Source: Patescibacteria group bacterium
GTDB taxonomy: Bacteria > Patescibacteriota > UBA1384 > XYA2-FULL-43-10 > 1-14-0-10-43-13
Direction of reading: 5' to 3'
Length of the DNA stretch: 53,111 nucleotides
Assembly: GCA_038078835.1 (NCBI GenBank)
Contig: JBBTQI010000012.1
Span: 1-53,111 of the forward strand
The translations under genes and the position numbers were made by a program. Every line of letters starts with the position of its first letter. Positions within the stretch are counted from its first letter, which is position 1. Under the pieces are notes generated by a model that saw only the letters and a program-made list of their open reading frames with translations, was not told where the DNA came from and ran no database searches. This document shows, piece after piece, positions 27,859-36,822 of this stretch.

Positions 27859-28512
27859 ATGTTTTCCAGGAACGATTTACCCAAAATCAAAGCAATTGTC
27901 GCCAAGCATCCCGAATCGCTTCGCACGCTGATCCCGCTTCTGCAATCAAGCGCCCTGCCAATTGATGATCGGGAACTCGATGAGGTCTTCGGATTTGATT
28001 TCAACAGAGCCGCTCACGGAAACCCTCTCGATTTAATCGGGCAATTTGGACACGAACAGTTCACTTACGAGGCAACGCCCTATGATTATATCCGGGAATT
28101 TCTCCGAACAACCAAACCGGCCGCCCAAGATGTTATTTATGATTTGGGTGCCGGCCTTGGCCGTGTTCTGACCTATTGCAGTCTGGCAACGGAAGCCAAG
28201 TGCATCGGCATTGAGATTGTGCCCGAAAGGGTCGCACGGCAGCTTAAGATAAGCAATTTACACTACCTTTGCGGCAATGTGCTCGACTTTGACCTCTCTT
28301 GCGGCACGATCTTTTTTCTTTTTAATTCCTTTCATCCGGAAACACTCATCAAGGTCACCAAGCGTCTAAAAAAGATTGCCCGAGACAAGAAGATATCAAT
28401 TGCGGCCTGGGGCGGTCCGACCGAGCGCTATTTTGCCAAACAGGAGTGGCTGGGAGAGGCGGAGAATAAAAAAAGCAGCTCCGCCAAGCTGCACTTTTTT
28501 CGATCAATTTAA
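27859..28512 (+). CDS. Class I SAM-dependent methyltransferase (DOT1-like)
   Basis: Motifs YEATPY, DVIYDLGAGLGRV, CIGIEIVPER, IFFLFNSF. Confidence 0.8.
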   Translation: MFSRNDLPKIKAIVAKHPESLRTLIPLLQSSALPIDDRELDEVFGFDFNRAAHGNPLDLIGQFGHEQFTYEATPYDYIREFLRTTKPAAQDVIYDLGAGLGRVLTYCSLATEAKCIGIEIVPERVARQLKISNLHYLCGNVLDFDLSCGTIFFLFNSFHPETLIKVTKRLKKIARDKKISIAAWGGPTERYFAKQEWLGEAENKKSSSAKLHFFRSI

Positions 28513-28533
28513 TCTTAGTCCCTAAAAACGCGA

Positions 28534-28571
28534 AGCGCCCCGCCAACCCGCGTGTGCGGGCGGCGGGGCGC
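28534..28571. terminator. GC-rich hairpin between convergent genes
   Basis: GCGCCCCGCC...GGCGGGGCGC stem with inner CCCGC/GCGGG. Confidence 0.55.
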
Positions 28572-28584
28572 GAATGGTCGGGGG

Positions 28585-28872
28585 CTACTCCTCTGTCGGT
28601 CTGGCCGCAAACGGCCAGTTACCATCAGAGACGTAGCCTTGTTTGGGCAGAAGATAAAACACCGTCTGCCCAACTTCGGCCTTCCTTGCCCGCTGGCAGA
28701 GCCAGAGGACAAAGAAGACCAGCCCAACAACGACTGACAAGCTCGCCGCATACACGGCAAGCCACCAACCGAAAGTGCGATCTGCCGGGTGATATCCGCC
28801 ACCCAGCAATCGCACCCCAACATCCAGAACGCCGGTCGCCCCGATGGCGACCGCGCTTACTACTAGTCTCAC
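28585..28872 (-). CDS. Small membrane protein
   Basis: GGGGAGG RBS before GTG, two hydrophobic segments, downstream hairpin. Confidence 0.55.
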   Translation of the reverse strand: MRLVVSAVAIGATGVLDVGVRLLGGGYHPADRTFGWWLAVYAASLSVVVGLVFFVLWLCQRARKAEVGQTVFYLLPKQGYVSDGNWPFAARPTEE

Positions 28873-29095
28873 CTGGAACCTCCCCGTCCCACTGTAGTGG
28901 GGCGGTTTCCGTTGGAATTAACCGAGATTCATCGGCTTGGAATAGGCGCAGACACGCCCATCGCCGCCCCGATAAAACTGTTTTAATATAACATAAACCG
29001 CCACAAAAGTCAATACCATCACCGGGGTATACTAAGACAGAGAGTTAAATTACAACCCTTCTTTAAAAAAGATCTAAAAAGTTAACGGGCGCCCC

Positions 29096-29275
29096 CTAGG
29101 GGACGCCCGCGGCTTGAGCGACGATAGCGGCCGCCGGTGGTGCAGAGCGAGGCTGAGGGTGGCCTTCAGCCGCCGCCTCCCGTGCCCTCTCGAACCGTCG
29201 GGGAGTTTCTCCATGTGTTTCCTCCTCAACGAGCTCCCGTAGGGCGCGTTCCAGCGTACCAAGTTCCCTCTCCAT
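29096..29275 (-). CDS. Small orphan protein (59 aa, not in the ORF track)
   Basis: GGGAGGG RBS, then MERELGTLERALRELVEEETHGETPRRFERAREAAAEG...GVP*. Upstream TTGACA-16-TAAAAT; the stop lies within the hairpin at about 29086-29109. Confidence 0.5.
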   Translation of the reverse strand: MERELGTLERALRELVEEETHGETPRRFERAREAAAEGHPQPRSAPPAAAIVAQAAGVP

Positions 29276-29468
29276 ATGGTCCCTCCCTGAAATACGATTG
29301 TTTATTTTACTCGTATCTGGAAAATTGTCAAGGGTTCACCTTTCCCAATCTTGCAAAGCTCTAAGGGCAAGAGTAATATAGTATTTACCAATGTCGCGTA
29401 ATTGTCATCCGCCCGGAATGACAGATTGAAGCGGAATTACACATCACGCGTTAATTTAAGGAATTGAT

Positions 29469-30554
29469 ATGTTCTATGCTGTTATTATGGCTGGCGGGCA
29501 GGGCACCCGTCTCTGGCCGCTGTCAAGAATAAAGGCACCCAAGCAGCTGCACGCTTTAGCCAGCGAGAAATCTCTTGTTCGGGAGGCACACGACCGCCTT
29601 ATCCCAATGGTCAAAACACCCCGAAGGATCTACGTCTCAACCAACCCCTTATATGCCGACAGAATCGGGAAGCAGCTGCCCGGGGTTCCGAAAGAGAACT
29701 ATATCATTGAGCCCTATCCCATGAACACCGCCGCCGCTTGCATCCTGGCCACGGCCATACTGGCGCAGAAGGCGAATAATCCGACCGTTTTTTTTGCCTA
29801 CTCGGATCCGGCCATCAAGGATGAAGCACGATTCCAAGAAATCATATTGGCCGGCAAAAAAATCCTGGACAGTCACCCTAATCATATCCTAACCGTCGGC
29901 ATCAACCCGACCAAACCCGACACCGAACTGGGCTATGTCCAATTCGGCAAAGAAATTACCAAGGACGATAACGGCATTAGAGCCTTTCGGGTTAAGCGGT
30001 TTGTGGAAAAGCCGGACCTGAAAACAGCGGAAAAATATGTTGCCTCCTTTGATTATCTCTGGAACTCCGGCATGTTTATGTGGCACACCGATTATCTCTT
30101 GAAACTGGCAAATGAATTTATGCCTAAGACATATCAAGCGATTATGAAGATTGCCCAAGCCTGGAATACGCCCGAACACGAAACTGTCTTAGCCCGGGAA
30201 TACGCCAAGGTTGAAAACACCTCAATTGACTATGGCATCATGGAGAAAACCAAAGATATTATTGTCGTGCCGGGAGATTTCGGCTGGAGCGACATTGGCT
30301 CCTGGGGCACTCTCTTTGAGCTGCTCTCCGAGATTCAGGCCAAGCCGGTTGTTTCGCGAGGCCACCATATCAGTTGTGATGATAACAATTGTTTGGTTAT
30401 GGCTGGCGACAAACTCATCGCCACCGTCGGCCTGGAAGATGTTGTCGTTATCGATACCAAGGATGCCGTTTTGATTTGCAACCGCCACAAAGCTCACAAG
30501 GTTAAAGATTTGCTGGGTAAACTAAAAGAGGCCGGGAAAGAAGAGTACCTTTAA
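29469..30554 (+). CDS. manC: Mannose-1-phosphate guanylyltransferase
   Basis: Motifs MAGGQGTRLWPLSR..PKQ, FVEKPD, WNSGMF, SIDYGIMEK, WSDIGSW. Confidence 0.93.
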   Translation: MFYAVIMAGGQGTRLWPLSRIKAPKQLHALASEKSLVREAHDRLIPMVKTPRRIYVSTNPLYADRIGKQLPGVPKENYIIEPYPMNTAAACILATAILAQKANNPTVFFAYSDPAIKDEARFQEIILAGKKILDSHPNHILTVGINPTKPDTELGYVQFGKEITKDDNGIRAFRVKRFVEKPDLKTAEKYVASFDYLWNSGMFMWHTDYLLKLANEFMPKTYQAIMKIAQAWNTPEHETVLAREYAKVENTSIDYGIMEKTKDIIVVPGDFGWSDIGSWGTLFELLSEIQAKPVVSRGHHISCDDNNCLVMAGDKLIATVGLEDVVVIDTKDAVLICNRHKAHKVKDLLGKLKEAGKEEYL

Positions 30555-30557
30555 TAA

Positions 30558-30693
30558 CTCATGTTACGCACCAGAGCGCAAGCTTTAGCTTGTAGGGACA
30601 AAAGCATTGTTTACAAGCCGGACTTGTTCCCGACACGCTAAACCTGCCTGCCAGCAGGCAGGGCGTGGTCTCCGAGTGGGTGCGTAAGGTGAG
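30558..30693. mobile_element. MITE-like element (136 bp)
   Basis: Inverted ends CTCATGTTACGCACC / GGTGCGTAAGGTGAG (13/15), flanked by TTAATAA at 30551-30557 and 30694-30700. Contains CCTGCCTGCCAGCAGGCAGG. Confidence 0.7.
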
Positions 30694-30728
30694 TTAATAA
30701 ATCAAAAATCAAAGACAAGGAGATTGTT

Positions 30729-32093
30729 ATGGAGATTAATTTAAAAAGCATCTTCCGTTCTTATGATATCCGTGGCGCTTATCCTGATCAGATTAATGCA
30801 GAGATGGTCCATAAGATTGCTCAAGCTTATGTTCAATATGTCAAACCTGATGGCAAAGTTGCCGTTGGCCGAGACGCCCGAACCTCCTCGCCCGAGCTCC
30901 AGGCCGCTGTTATCAACGGCCTCGCTGATGCCGGAATTGATGTTATCGATATCGGACCGATTTCAACCGAAATGTACTATTTTGCGGTCGGCTATTATAA
31001 GCTTGCCGGCGGCATCCAAATCACCGCTTCCCATCAGCCCGCTCAATTTAACGGCATTAAAATGGTTAAGGAAAATGCTTTTCCGCTGTATGGCGAGGCC
31101 GGTATCCAACAAATTCGCGACCTTGTTGAGAGCGACCGGTGGAAAGCTTTGAATAGCAAAAGGGGAAGCGTTGAAAAAAGGGACATCTGGCCAGATTTTG
31201 CCGATCGTGTCCTTGGCTTCGTCAAGACCGAGGCTATTAAACCCTTGAAGGTTGTTATTAATCCCAATTTTGGCTTCCAGGGAAATGTTTTTAAGTATGT
31301 TGTTGGGCGCGGCAATCTTCCGCTCGAAATTATCGGACTTAATGATGAACCGGACGGAACCTTCCCCAAGGGTATGCCGGATCCCTTTATTCCCGAGAAC
31401 CGACCGGAATTTGTTGCTCTGGTAAAATCCAGCGGCGCTGATTTGGGAATCGCCTGGGATGCCGATGGCGATCGTGTTTTCTTTTGTACCGGTTCCGGCA
31501 GATTTGTCGACCCGTATTACACGAATGCGCTTCTCTATGCCAACACCCTCATCAAAAACCCCGGCGCCACGGTTCTTTACGAACCGCGCTACATCTGGGC
31601 ACTGATTGATGTGGCCAAGAAATATGGCGGCAAGGCAATACCGGAAAGAGTTGGCCACTCCTACATTAAGGCGCGAATGAAAAAAGAGGATGCCTTAATT
31701 TCCGGTGAATCGTCCGGACACACCTATTTCAAGGACTTCTGGTATGCCGACAGCGGCATCATTCCCACTCTTTTAATTATGGAGACAATAAGCACCTCCG
31801 ATAAATCGCTGGATGAGTTGCTTGAACCACTGTTTAACAAGTACTTTATCTCCGGCGAGATCAATAGTACAGTTGAGAATCACGAAGCTATGATGAATAA
31901 GATCAGAGATAGGTATCAGTCTCTCGGAGCATCGATTGATAATCTTGATGGAGTGACGATTGAGTATCCGGACTGGCGGGCTAATGTCCGGCCGTCCGCT
32001 AACGACCCCGTCTTACGCCTTTGTGTTGAAGCCAAATCGCAGAAACTGATGGAAGAGAAGCGCGACGAGCTTCTCGCCCTCATCCGATCGTAG
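30729..32093 (+). CDS. manB: Phosphomannomutase/phosphoglucomutase
   Basis: Motifs FRSYDIRG, ITASH (phospho-Ser), DADGDR, GESSGH. Confidence 0.92.
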   Translation: MEINLKSIFRSYDIRGAYPDQINAEMVHKIAQAYVQYVKPDGKVAVGRDARTSSPELQAAVINGLADAGIDVIDIGPISTEMYYFAVGYYKLAGGIQITASHQPAQFNGIKMVKENAFPLYGEAGIQQIRDLVESDRWKALNSKRGSVEKRDIWPDFADRVLGFVKTEAIKPLKVVINPNFGFQGNVFKYVVGRGNLPLEIIGLNDEPDGTFPKGMPDPFIPENRPEFVALVKSSGADLGIAWDADGDRVFFCTGSGRFVDPYYTNALLYANTLIKNPGATVLYEPRYIWALIDVAKKYGGKAIPERVGHSYIKARMKKEDALISGESSGHTYFKDFWYADSGIIPTLLIMETISTSDKSLDELLEPLFNKYFISGEINSTVENHEAMMNKIRDRYQSLGASIDNLDGVTIEYPDWRANVRPSANDPVLRLCVEAKSQKLMEEKRDELLALIRS

Positions 32094-32097
32094 AGCT

Positions 32098-32838
32098 CTA
32101 AAATATCGTGGCGGTTTTGCCGCCGTCGATAACAATCGAAGAACCGGTGATGTAGGAAGCATCGTCCGAGACGAGAAAGAGAACAGCGGCGGCAACCTCC
32201 TCCGGCGAGGCAATCCGGCCAAGCGGGATACGTTTTATTTTTTCATGGCGAAACTCCGAGTCATTGAGCAGTTTGGCGTTAATTCCCGTATCGGTCGTAC
32301 CCGGACAGACGGCATTAACAGTAATGTTGTGTTGACCCAGGCTGGCCGCCATTGATTTGGCCGCTAAGATTAGCGCCGCTTTAGAGGCGCCATAACTTAA
32401 CTGTTCAACTCCGCCGAAGAGTCCCTTGGTGGAGCTTATAAAGATAACCCTGCCGTTGTTTTTGGCCCTAACCATCCTTTTGGCAACGCACTGCGACAAC
32501 AAAATGTGGCTGAAAAAATTGACCTCAAAGGTTTTTCTTAAGTGGTCTTCGGACATCTCCAGAAAATCTTCAAAATAAGAGATGCCAGCGTTATTAACCA
32601 GGATATCAATCGGGCCGATCGCTTTCTCAACCTTTTCCACTAGAGCCGGAATTTTTGCGCTTTGGGTAAGATCAAAGTTGATATGAATGTGCCGCTCACT
32701 CTTTTCCAGCTCGCATGCCGATTCGTTCGAAAGACCCGCCACGGTCGCGCCCTCGGCCAGAAAGCGTCGACTAATCGCCAAACCGATACCGCGCGAATCA
32801 CCCGTTATTAAGACCCTTTTGTCCAAAAATCTCTCCAT
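32098..32838 (-). CDS. Short-chain dehydrogenase/reductase (SDR)
   Basis: Motifs TG..RGIG, NNAG, YGASK. Confidence 0.9.
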   Translation of the reverse strand: MERFLDKRVLITGDSRGIGLAISRRFLAEGATVAGLSNESACELEKSERHIHINFDLTQSAKIPALVEKVEKAIGPIDILVNNAGISYFEDFLEMSEDHLRKTFEVNFFSHILLSQCVAKRMVRAKNNGRVIFISSTKGLFGGVEQLSYGASKAALILAAKSMAASLGQHNITVNAVCPGTTDTGINAKLLNDSEFRHEKIKRIPLGRIASPEEVAAAVLFLVSDDASYITGSSIVIDGGKTATIF

Positions 32839-32855
32839 GGCAACCTCCTGTCGTT

Positions 32856-33809
32856 TTAATATGGCAAGTACATTATTTCCAGCTCCAGATCAACACCAAA
32901 GCGCTTCCCGATTGTCTTGCGGGCCAGATCAATGAGCGCCAAGACATCCTTGGCCGTAGCGCCGCCCAAGTTGACGATAAAGTTGGGATGCTTCTCTGAA
33001 AACATCGCCGCCCCAATCTGTTTGCCCCTCAGTCCGGCATCAGAGAGGAGCCGGGCAACCGGGATAACCGGAAAGGGGTCGTTTTTAATTGATTGCCGAT
33101 ATGCCTCGATCAACTCTGCCGGAGCCTGTCGAACATCAATATTTTTAAATGTGCTGCCGGCGCTGGGGTACTCGAGCGGTTGGTGTGATTGGCGATAACC
33201 CTCCCTCTCCCGCACCTCTTGAGCAATCTTCGACCGATCACCCGCCTCAAAGTCAAACACCGCCAAAACAATAACCTCGTCCTGTCCGGCCTGAGTTTTG
33301 AAATAGCTTGTCCGATACCCAAATCGGCACTCCGCCGCAGAAAAACGGCGCGATTGTCTGGTTTTTAGGTTAAAAGAAGCCACCTCCCGCAGATTATCCT
33401 TGATCTCGCCGCCAAAAGCGCCGGCATTGCCTCGAACGGCGCCCCCGACAGAACCCGGCAAACCGCCGGCCCAGGCAAAGCCGGCCAGACCGGCCTCAGT
33501 GCAAAAGTTAACCGCCTCACTCATTGGCGCTCCCGAACCAAAGGTTATGGCAAAATCATCGTGCTCAATAAAATTAAAATCGGTCCGGATAACCAAACCG
33601 CCAAATCCCCGATCGTCAATAACCAGATTGGTTCCGCCACCCAAGATAAATATTTTATCAGCCCCCTTGGCTAAGGTCGGTCTGATTTTGTCCCACTCAA
33701 CCAGCCCCGCCCTCAGATCCGAGAGGTTTTTGACCTCAAAGAAATAGCGGGCCGGTCCGCCGATATGATAGTTGGAGTAGTCGGAAAGCGGTACATTTGT
33801 TTTTATCAT
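32856..33809 (-). CDS. murB: UDP-N-acetylmuramate dehydrogenase
   Basis: Motifs IGGPA, GGGTN, GLPGSVGGAVRGNAGA, PSAGSTFKN, KHPNF. Confidence 0.96.
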   Translation of the reverse strand: MIKTNVPLSDYSNYHIGGPARYFFEVKNLSDLRAGLVEWDKIRPTLAKGADKIFILGGGTNLVIDDRGFGGLVIRTDFNFIEHDDFAITFGSGAPMSEAVNFCTEAGLAGFAWAGGLPGSVGGAVRGNAGAFGGEIKDNLREVASFNLKTRQSRRFSAAECRFGYRTSYFKTQAGQDEVIVLAVFDFEAGDRSKIAQEVREREGYRQSHQPLEYPSAGSTFKNIDVRQAPAELIEAYRQSIKNDPFPVIPVARLLSDAGLRGKQIGAAMFSEKHPNFIVNLGGATAKDVLALIDLARKTIGKRFGVDLELEIMYLPY

Positions 33810-33810
33810 T

Positions 33811-34644
33811 TCACCCTTTCTTTGTCGCTGACATCTTACTTTTCAATATAAGCCAGAGAAATTTAGGTATGGCCGCCTGACGGGAAATGCGGCCGGGCTC
33901 CTGAAGCAAGCGGTAAAACCACTCCAAGCCCAGGCGCTGAATCCAGCGCGGCGCGCGGCTTTTGACACCGGCGATAAAATCAAAGGTGCCGCCCAGACCG
34001 GCGCCAAGACGACATTTTGTTTTAACCAGATTATCGCTCAGCCACTTTTCCTGCCTAGGGGCGCCAAAAGCCACAAGCAGAATGTCGGCCCTTGACTTGT
34101 TGATTAGCCGAACGATCTCCTCCGCCTGCGCGGAGGGGCCGGAGTACACGCCCGCAATCCGGAGGTCCGGCACATTTGTTTGAAGCACCAGAGCGCATCG
34201 CTCCGCCACCGCCGGGCCGCCGCCCAAAAGAAAAAGGCGAAGCTTTCGCCGGGCGGCAACGCGCGCAATATTCCAAATAAAATCCGAACCGGTGATGCGC
34301 TCAGGAATCGGTTTGGTAAAAAAATGAGGGAAAGGGGGCAGGAACATTATTAAAAACAGCCACTGACAAAATACAACCAAATAAGAGATCGGCGAACCTG
34401 CCGCAACGGGCAGTGTTTGAAAACGGGCGGCAAAGAGCAAGCCGATACCGTCAGCCAAATTTAGATCTCCCCTGTTTAATATAACCCGAAACTCTTTGTC
34501 CCCCTGCGCCCGCACAACCATCTCGGGGTTGGGAGTAAAGAGAAAGCTCTGTTTCTGGCCGTCGACAATCTCGACCAGTCTGTCTTCGGCCTCACTCTTG
34601 GTTAGAGCGTCAACTTTTATCCCCAAAACATCAGTTCTTCTCAT
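33811..34644 (-). CDS. WecB/TagA/CpsF family glycosyltransferase
   Basis: Motifs TPNPE, ADGIG, RITGSD, GAPRQEKW, RAP..GLEWFYRL..EP.R. Confidence 0.92.
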   Translation of the reverse strand: MRRTDVLGIKVDALTKSEAEDRLVEIVDGQKQSFLFTPNPEMVVRAQGDKEFRVILNRGDLNLADGIGLLFAARFQTLPVAAGSPISYLVVFCQWLFLIMFLPPFPHFFTKPIPERITGSDFIWNIARVAARRKLRLFLLGGGPAVAERCALVLQTNVPDLRIAGVYSGPSAQAEEIVRLINKSRADILLVAFGAPRQEKWLSDNLVKTKCRLGAGLGGTFDFIAGVKSRAPRWIQRLGLEWFYRLLQEPGRISRQAAIPKFLWLILKSKMSATKKG

Positions 34645-35743
34645 TTATCACCTTATCAATAAAAGTAGAGAGCTTGCGCACAAAAATCTCACTTGAAAAC
34701 TGTTCCGCCCGCTGCCGGCATTGACTCGGTTCAAAGAGGCGATAATCTTGCTCCAGTCGATCGAGGGTTTCCCTTAACGACTCAACGGAGGGTCGGTCAA
34801 AAAATAGCCCTGTTTTGCCGGCAACCACCGTCTCGGTCACGCCACCGCGACCATAAGCCACAACGGGGCGGCCCGCCGCCATCGACTCAACCGGTGTTAG
34901 GCCAAAATCTTCTTCTCCCGGAAACACCAAGGCGTATGATCTTTTCATATAATTTATGACAAGATCATCAGATTGATATCCCAGGAAACTAATGTTCTTG
35001 TCTGCCATCCTGGTCAAACGACCTCGGTCAGAGCCCTCGCCGATAACAACAAGTTGACGACCCGTCCCATTAAAAGCCCTGACAGCCAAATCTACTTGCT
35101 TATATGGTTCCAGGCGCGAGACGACAAGGTAAAAACTTTCCGGCTCTCCGGTGGCCGGTACTATCCGCGCCAGGTCAACGGGCGGATTAATAACCAAGGC
35201 ATCGGCATTATAATACTTTTTAATCCGGGCTCGAGCCGTCTCTGATTGGGTCAGCCAGTAATCGACCCTGTCCGCTGCCAAGCGGTCCCAAATTCTCACT
35301 TTGTGCAAAATCGATCGAACGATTAAGCCTCTCGGCCCAAAACCGATTTTATTCTCCCGTAGATACTCATTATGCCAGTCCCAGACAAAACGCATTGGCG
35401 AATAGCAATAACAAATGTGCGGAGTTTGGGGCTTGGTCAAGACACCGTGAGCAAAGGAGTTAGAGAAGGATAAAACAAGGTCATAGCCGGATAAATCAAA
35501 CTCCTCAACCGCTTGGGGATACCGGGCCAGGAACAGCTTTTTACTGCCGGGAAGGAGATAATGCCGGCGGTTTAGGCTCGAGGCAATTATACGTGGGTTG
35601 TGCTTGAAAAGGTTTTTGATACCAAGGGGGTCATACAATAGCGTATAAATCGGGGCATCGGGAAAACGGGCGCTCACCAGGGCCAACACTTTTTCGGCGC
35701 CGCCGATTTTAGTTAGAAAATCGTGGATAATTGCTATTTTCAT
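34631..35743 (-). CDS. GT4 glycosyltransferase
   Basis: Motifs HDFL..GGAE, SRLEPYKQVD, EDFGLTPVESMAAG. Confidence 0.92.
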   Translation of the reverse strand: MKIAIIHDFLTKIGGAEKVLALVSARFPDAPIYTLLYDPLGIKNLFKHNPRIIASSLNRRHYLLPGSKKLFLARYPQAVEEFDLSGYDLVLSFSNSFAHGVLTKPQTPHICYCYSPMRFVWDWHNEYLRENKIGFGPRGLIVRSILHKVRIWDRLAADRVDYWLTQSETARARIKKYYNADALVINPPVDLARIVPATGEPESFYLVVSRLEPYKQVDLAVRAFNGTGRQLVVIGEGSDRGRLTRMADKNISFLGYQSDDLVINYMKRSYALVFPGEEDFGLTPVESMAAGRPVVAYGRGGVTETVVAGKTGLFFDRPSVESLRETLDRLEQDYRLFEPSQCRQRAEQFSSEIFVRKLSTFIDKVINEKN

Positions 35744-35744
35744 C

Positions 35745-36821
35745 TTACACCGATCTCAATACCGCCAAAACCTCTCCGGCAGTCTTGTCCCAGCTAAATT
35801 TTTGGCACTGCTTGTAACCGCGCCCGATCAACTCTTTTTGCATTGCCTCGTCCTCAATAATCTCGGTCATTGCCCCGACAACCGCATCAATGTTGCGCGG
35901 ATCAACAAGAAGGGCGGCATCGCCGGCCACCTCGGGCAAGGAAGAGGTGTTTGATGTTATAACCGGAGTGCCGCTAGCAAAAGCCTCCAGCACCGGCAAA
36001 CCGAAACCCTCATACAAACTGGGAAAAAGGAAAAGCTTGGCTCCGGCGTACAGCTCCGGCAACTTTTCTCCCTCAACATAATTCATTAAGATGACATCTT
36101 TTCTCAGGGGACCAAGAAGAACAATCTCTTTTTCGATACGGCCAAAACCGTAACCCGGCCGGCCGGCCAAAACCAGCTTGATTTGGCGCTGGCTCTGTTG
36201 GCGATATCTCCGATAAGCCTGCACGACAGCCGCAACGTTTTTGCGCTCCTCCAGGCGGCCGACGAAAAGAATGTAATCAGAAGCCGAGGACTTTTTCCGG
36301 TTTTGGTAAAATCTGTTTTTGTCCCAACCCGGATAGACAACCGATGTGCGGGACTCGGGGAAATCATAAAACTTATGAAGGTCTCTCTCGGTTGAGCGGC
36401 TAATGCAGATAATGTGCTTTGCGGTCCTGACCGTATGGCCCAGAGCCCGGGCTTGAAGCTGGCGCTCCATCACAGAGTAGGCCTCCGGAAAATACTTGAA
36501 TGCCAAATCATGCACTATCACAACGGTCCGCTCCGGCGCAAGCGGCGGCGGCGTGTAGCCGGGAATAAGTAAAACATCGGGCCTTTGCCTTAAAAGCGCC
36601 AACGGAAAACGAAATCTCCGCCAGAAGCGCGGCAGAGGAGCAAGAATTTGAGTCAGGTTTTGTCCCCGCAAAATCTCGCCGGGCAGAGACCTGTCGGTGT
36701 AGAGCAGGTATTTATTGGCGTTATCCTGTGCAGTCAAGTGTAAAATCAGTTGATAGGTTAGCTCCTCAACTCCCGTTCTCTCCGCCCTTGCCGCTTTTGT
36801 TGCATCGATACCGATAATCAT
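35745..36821 (-). CDS. GT4 glycosyltransferase (MtfB-like)
   Basis: Starts MIIGIDA; VHDL, GRLEERKN, PSLYEGFGLPVLEA. Confidence 0.92.
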   Translation of the reverse strand: MIIGIDATKAARAERTGVEELTYQLILHLTAQDNANKYLLYTDRSLPGEILRGQNLTQILAPLPRFWRRFRFPLALLRQRPDVLLIPGYTPPPLAPERTVVIVHDLAFKYFPEAYSVMERQLQARALGHTVRTAKHIICISRSTERDLHKFYDFPESRTSVVYPGWDKNRFYQNRKKSSASDYILFVGRLEERKNVAAVVQAYRRYRQQSQRQIKLVLAGRPGYGFGRIEKEIVLLGPLRKDVILMNYVEGEKLPELYAGAKLFLFPSLYEGFGLPVLEAFASGTPVITSNTSSLPEVAGDAALLVDPRNIDAVVGAMTEIIEDEAMQKELIGRGYKQCQKFSWDKTAGEVLAVLRSV

Positions 36822-36822
36822 A

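Noticed and set aside
29074-29262. 62-aa ORF from the track
   Set aside because: The frame 29275-29096 has a proper RBS and ATG and a more protein-like sequence.
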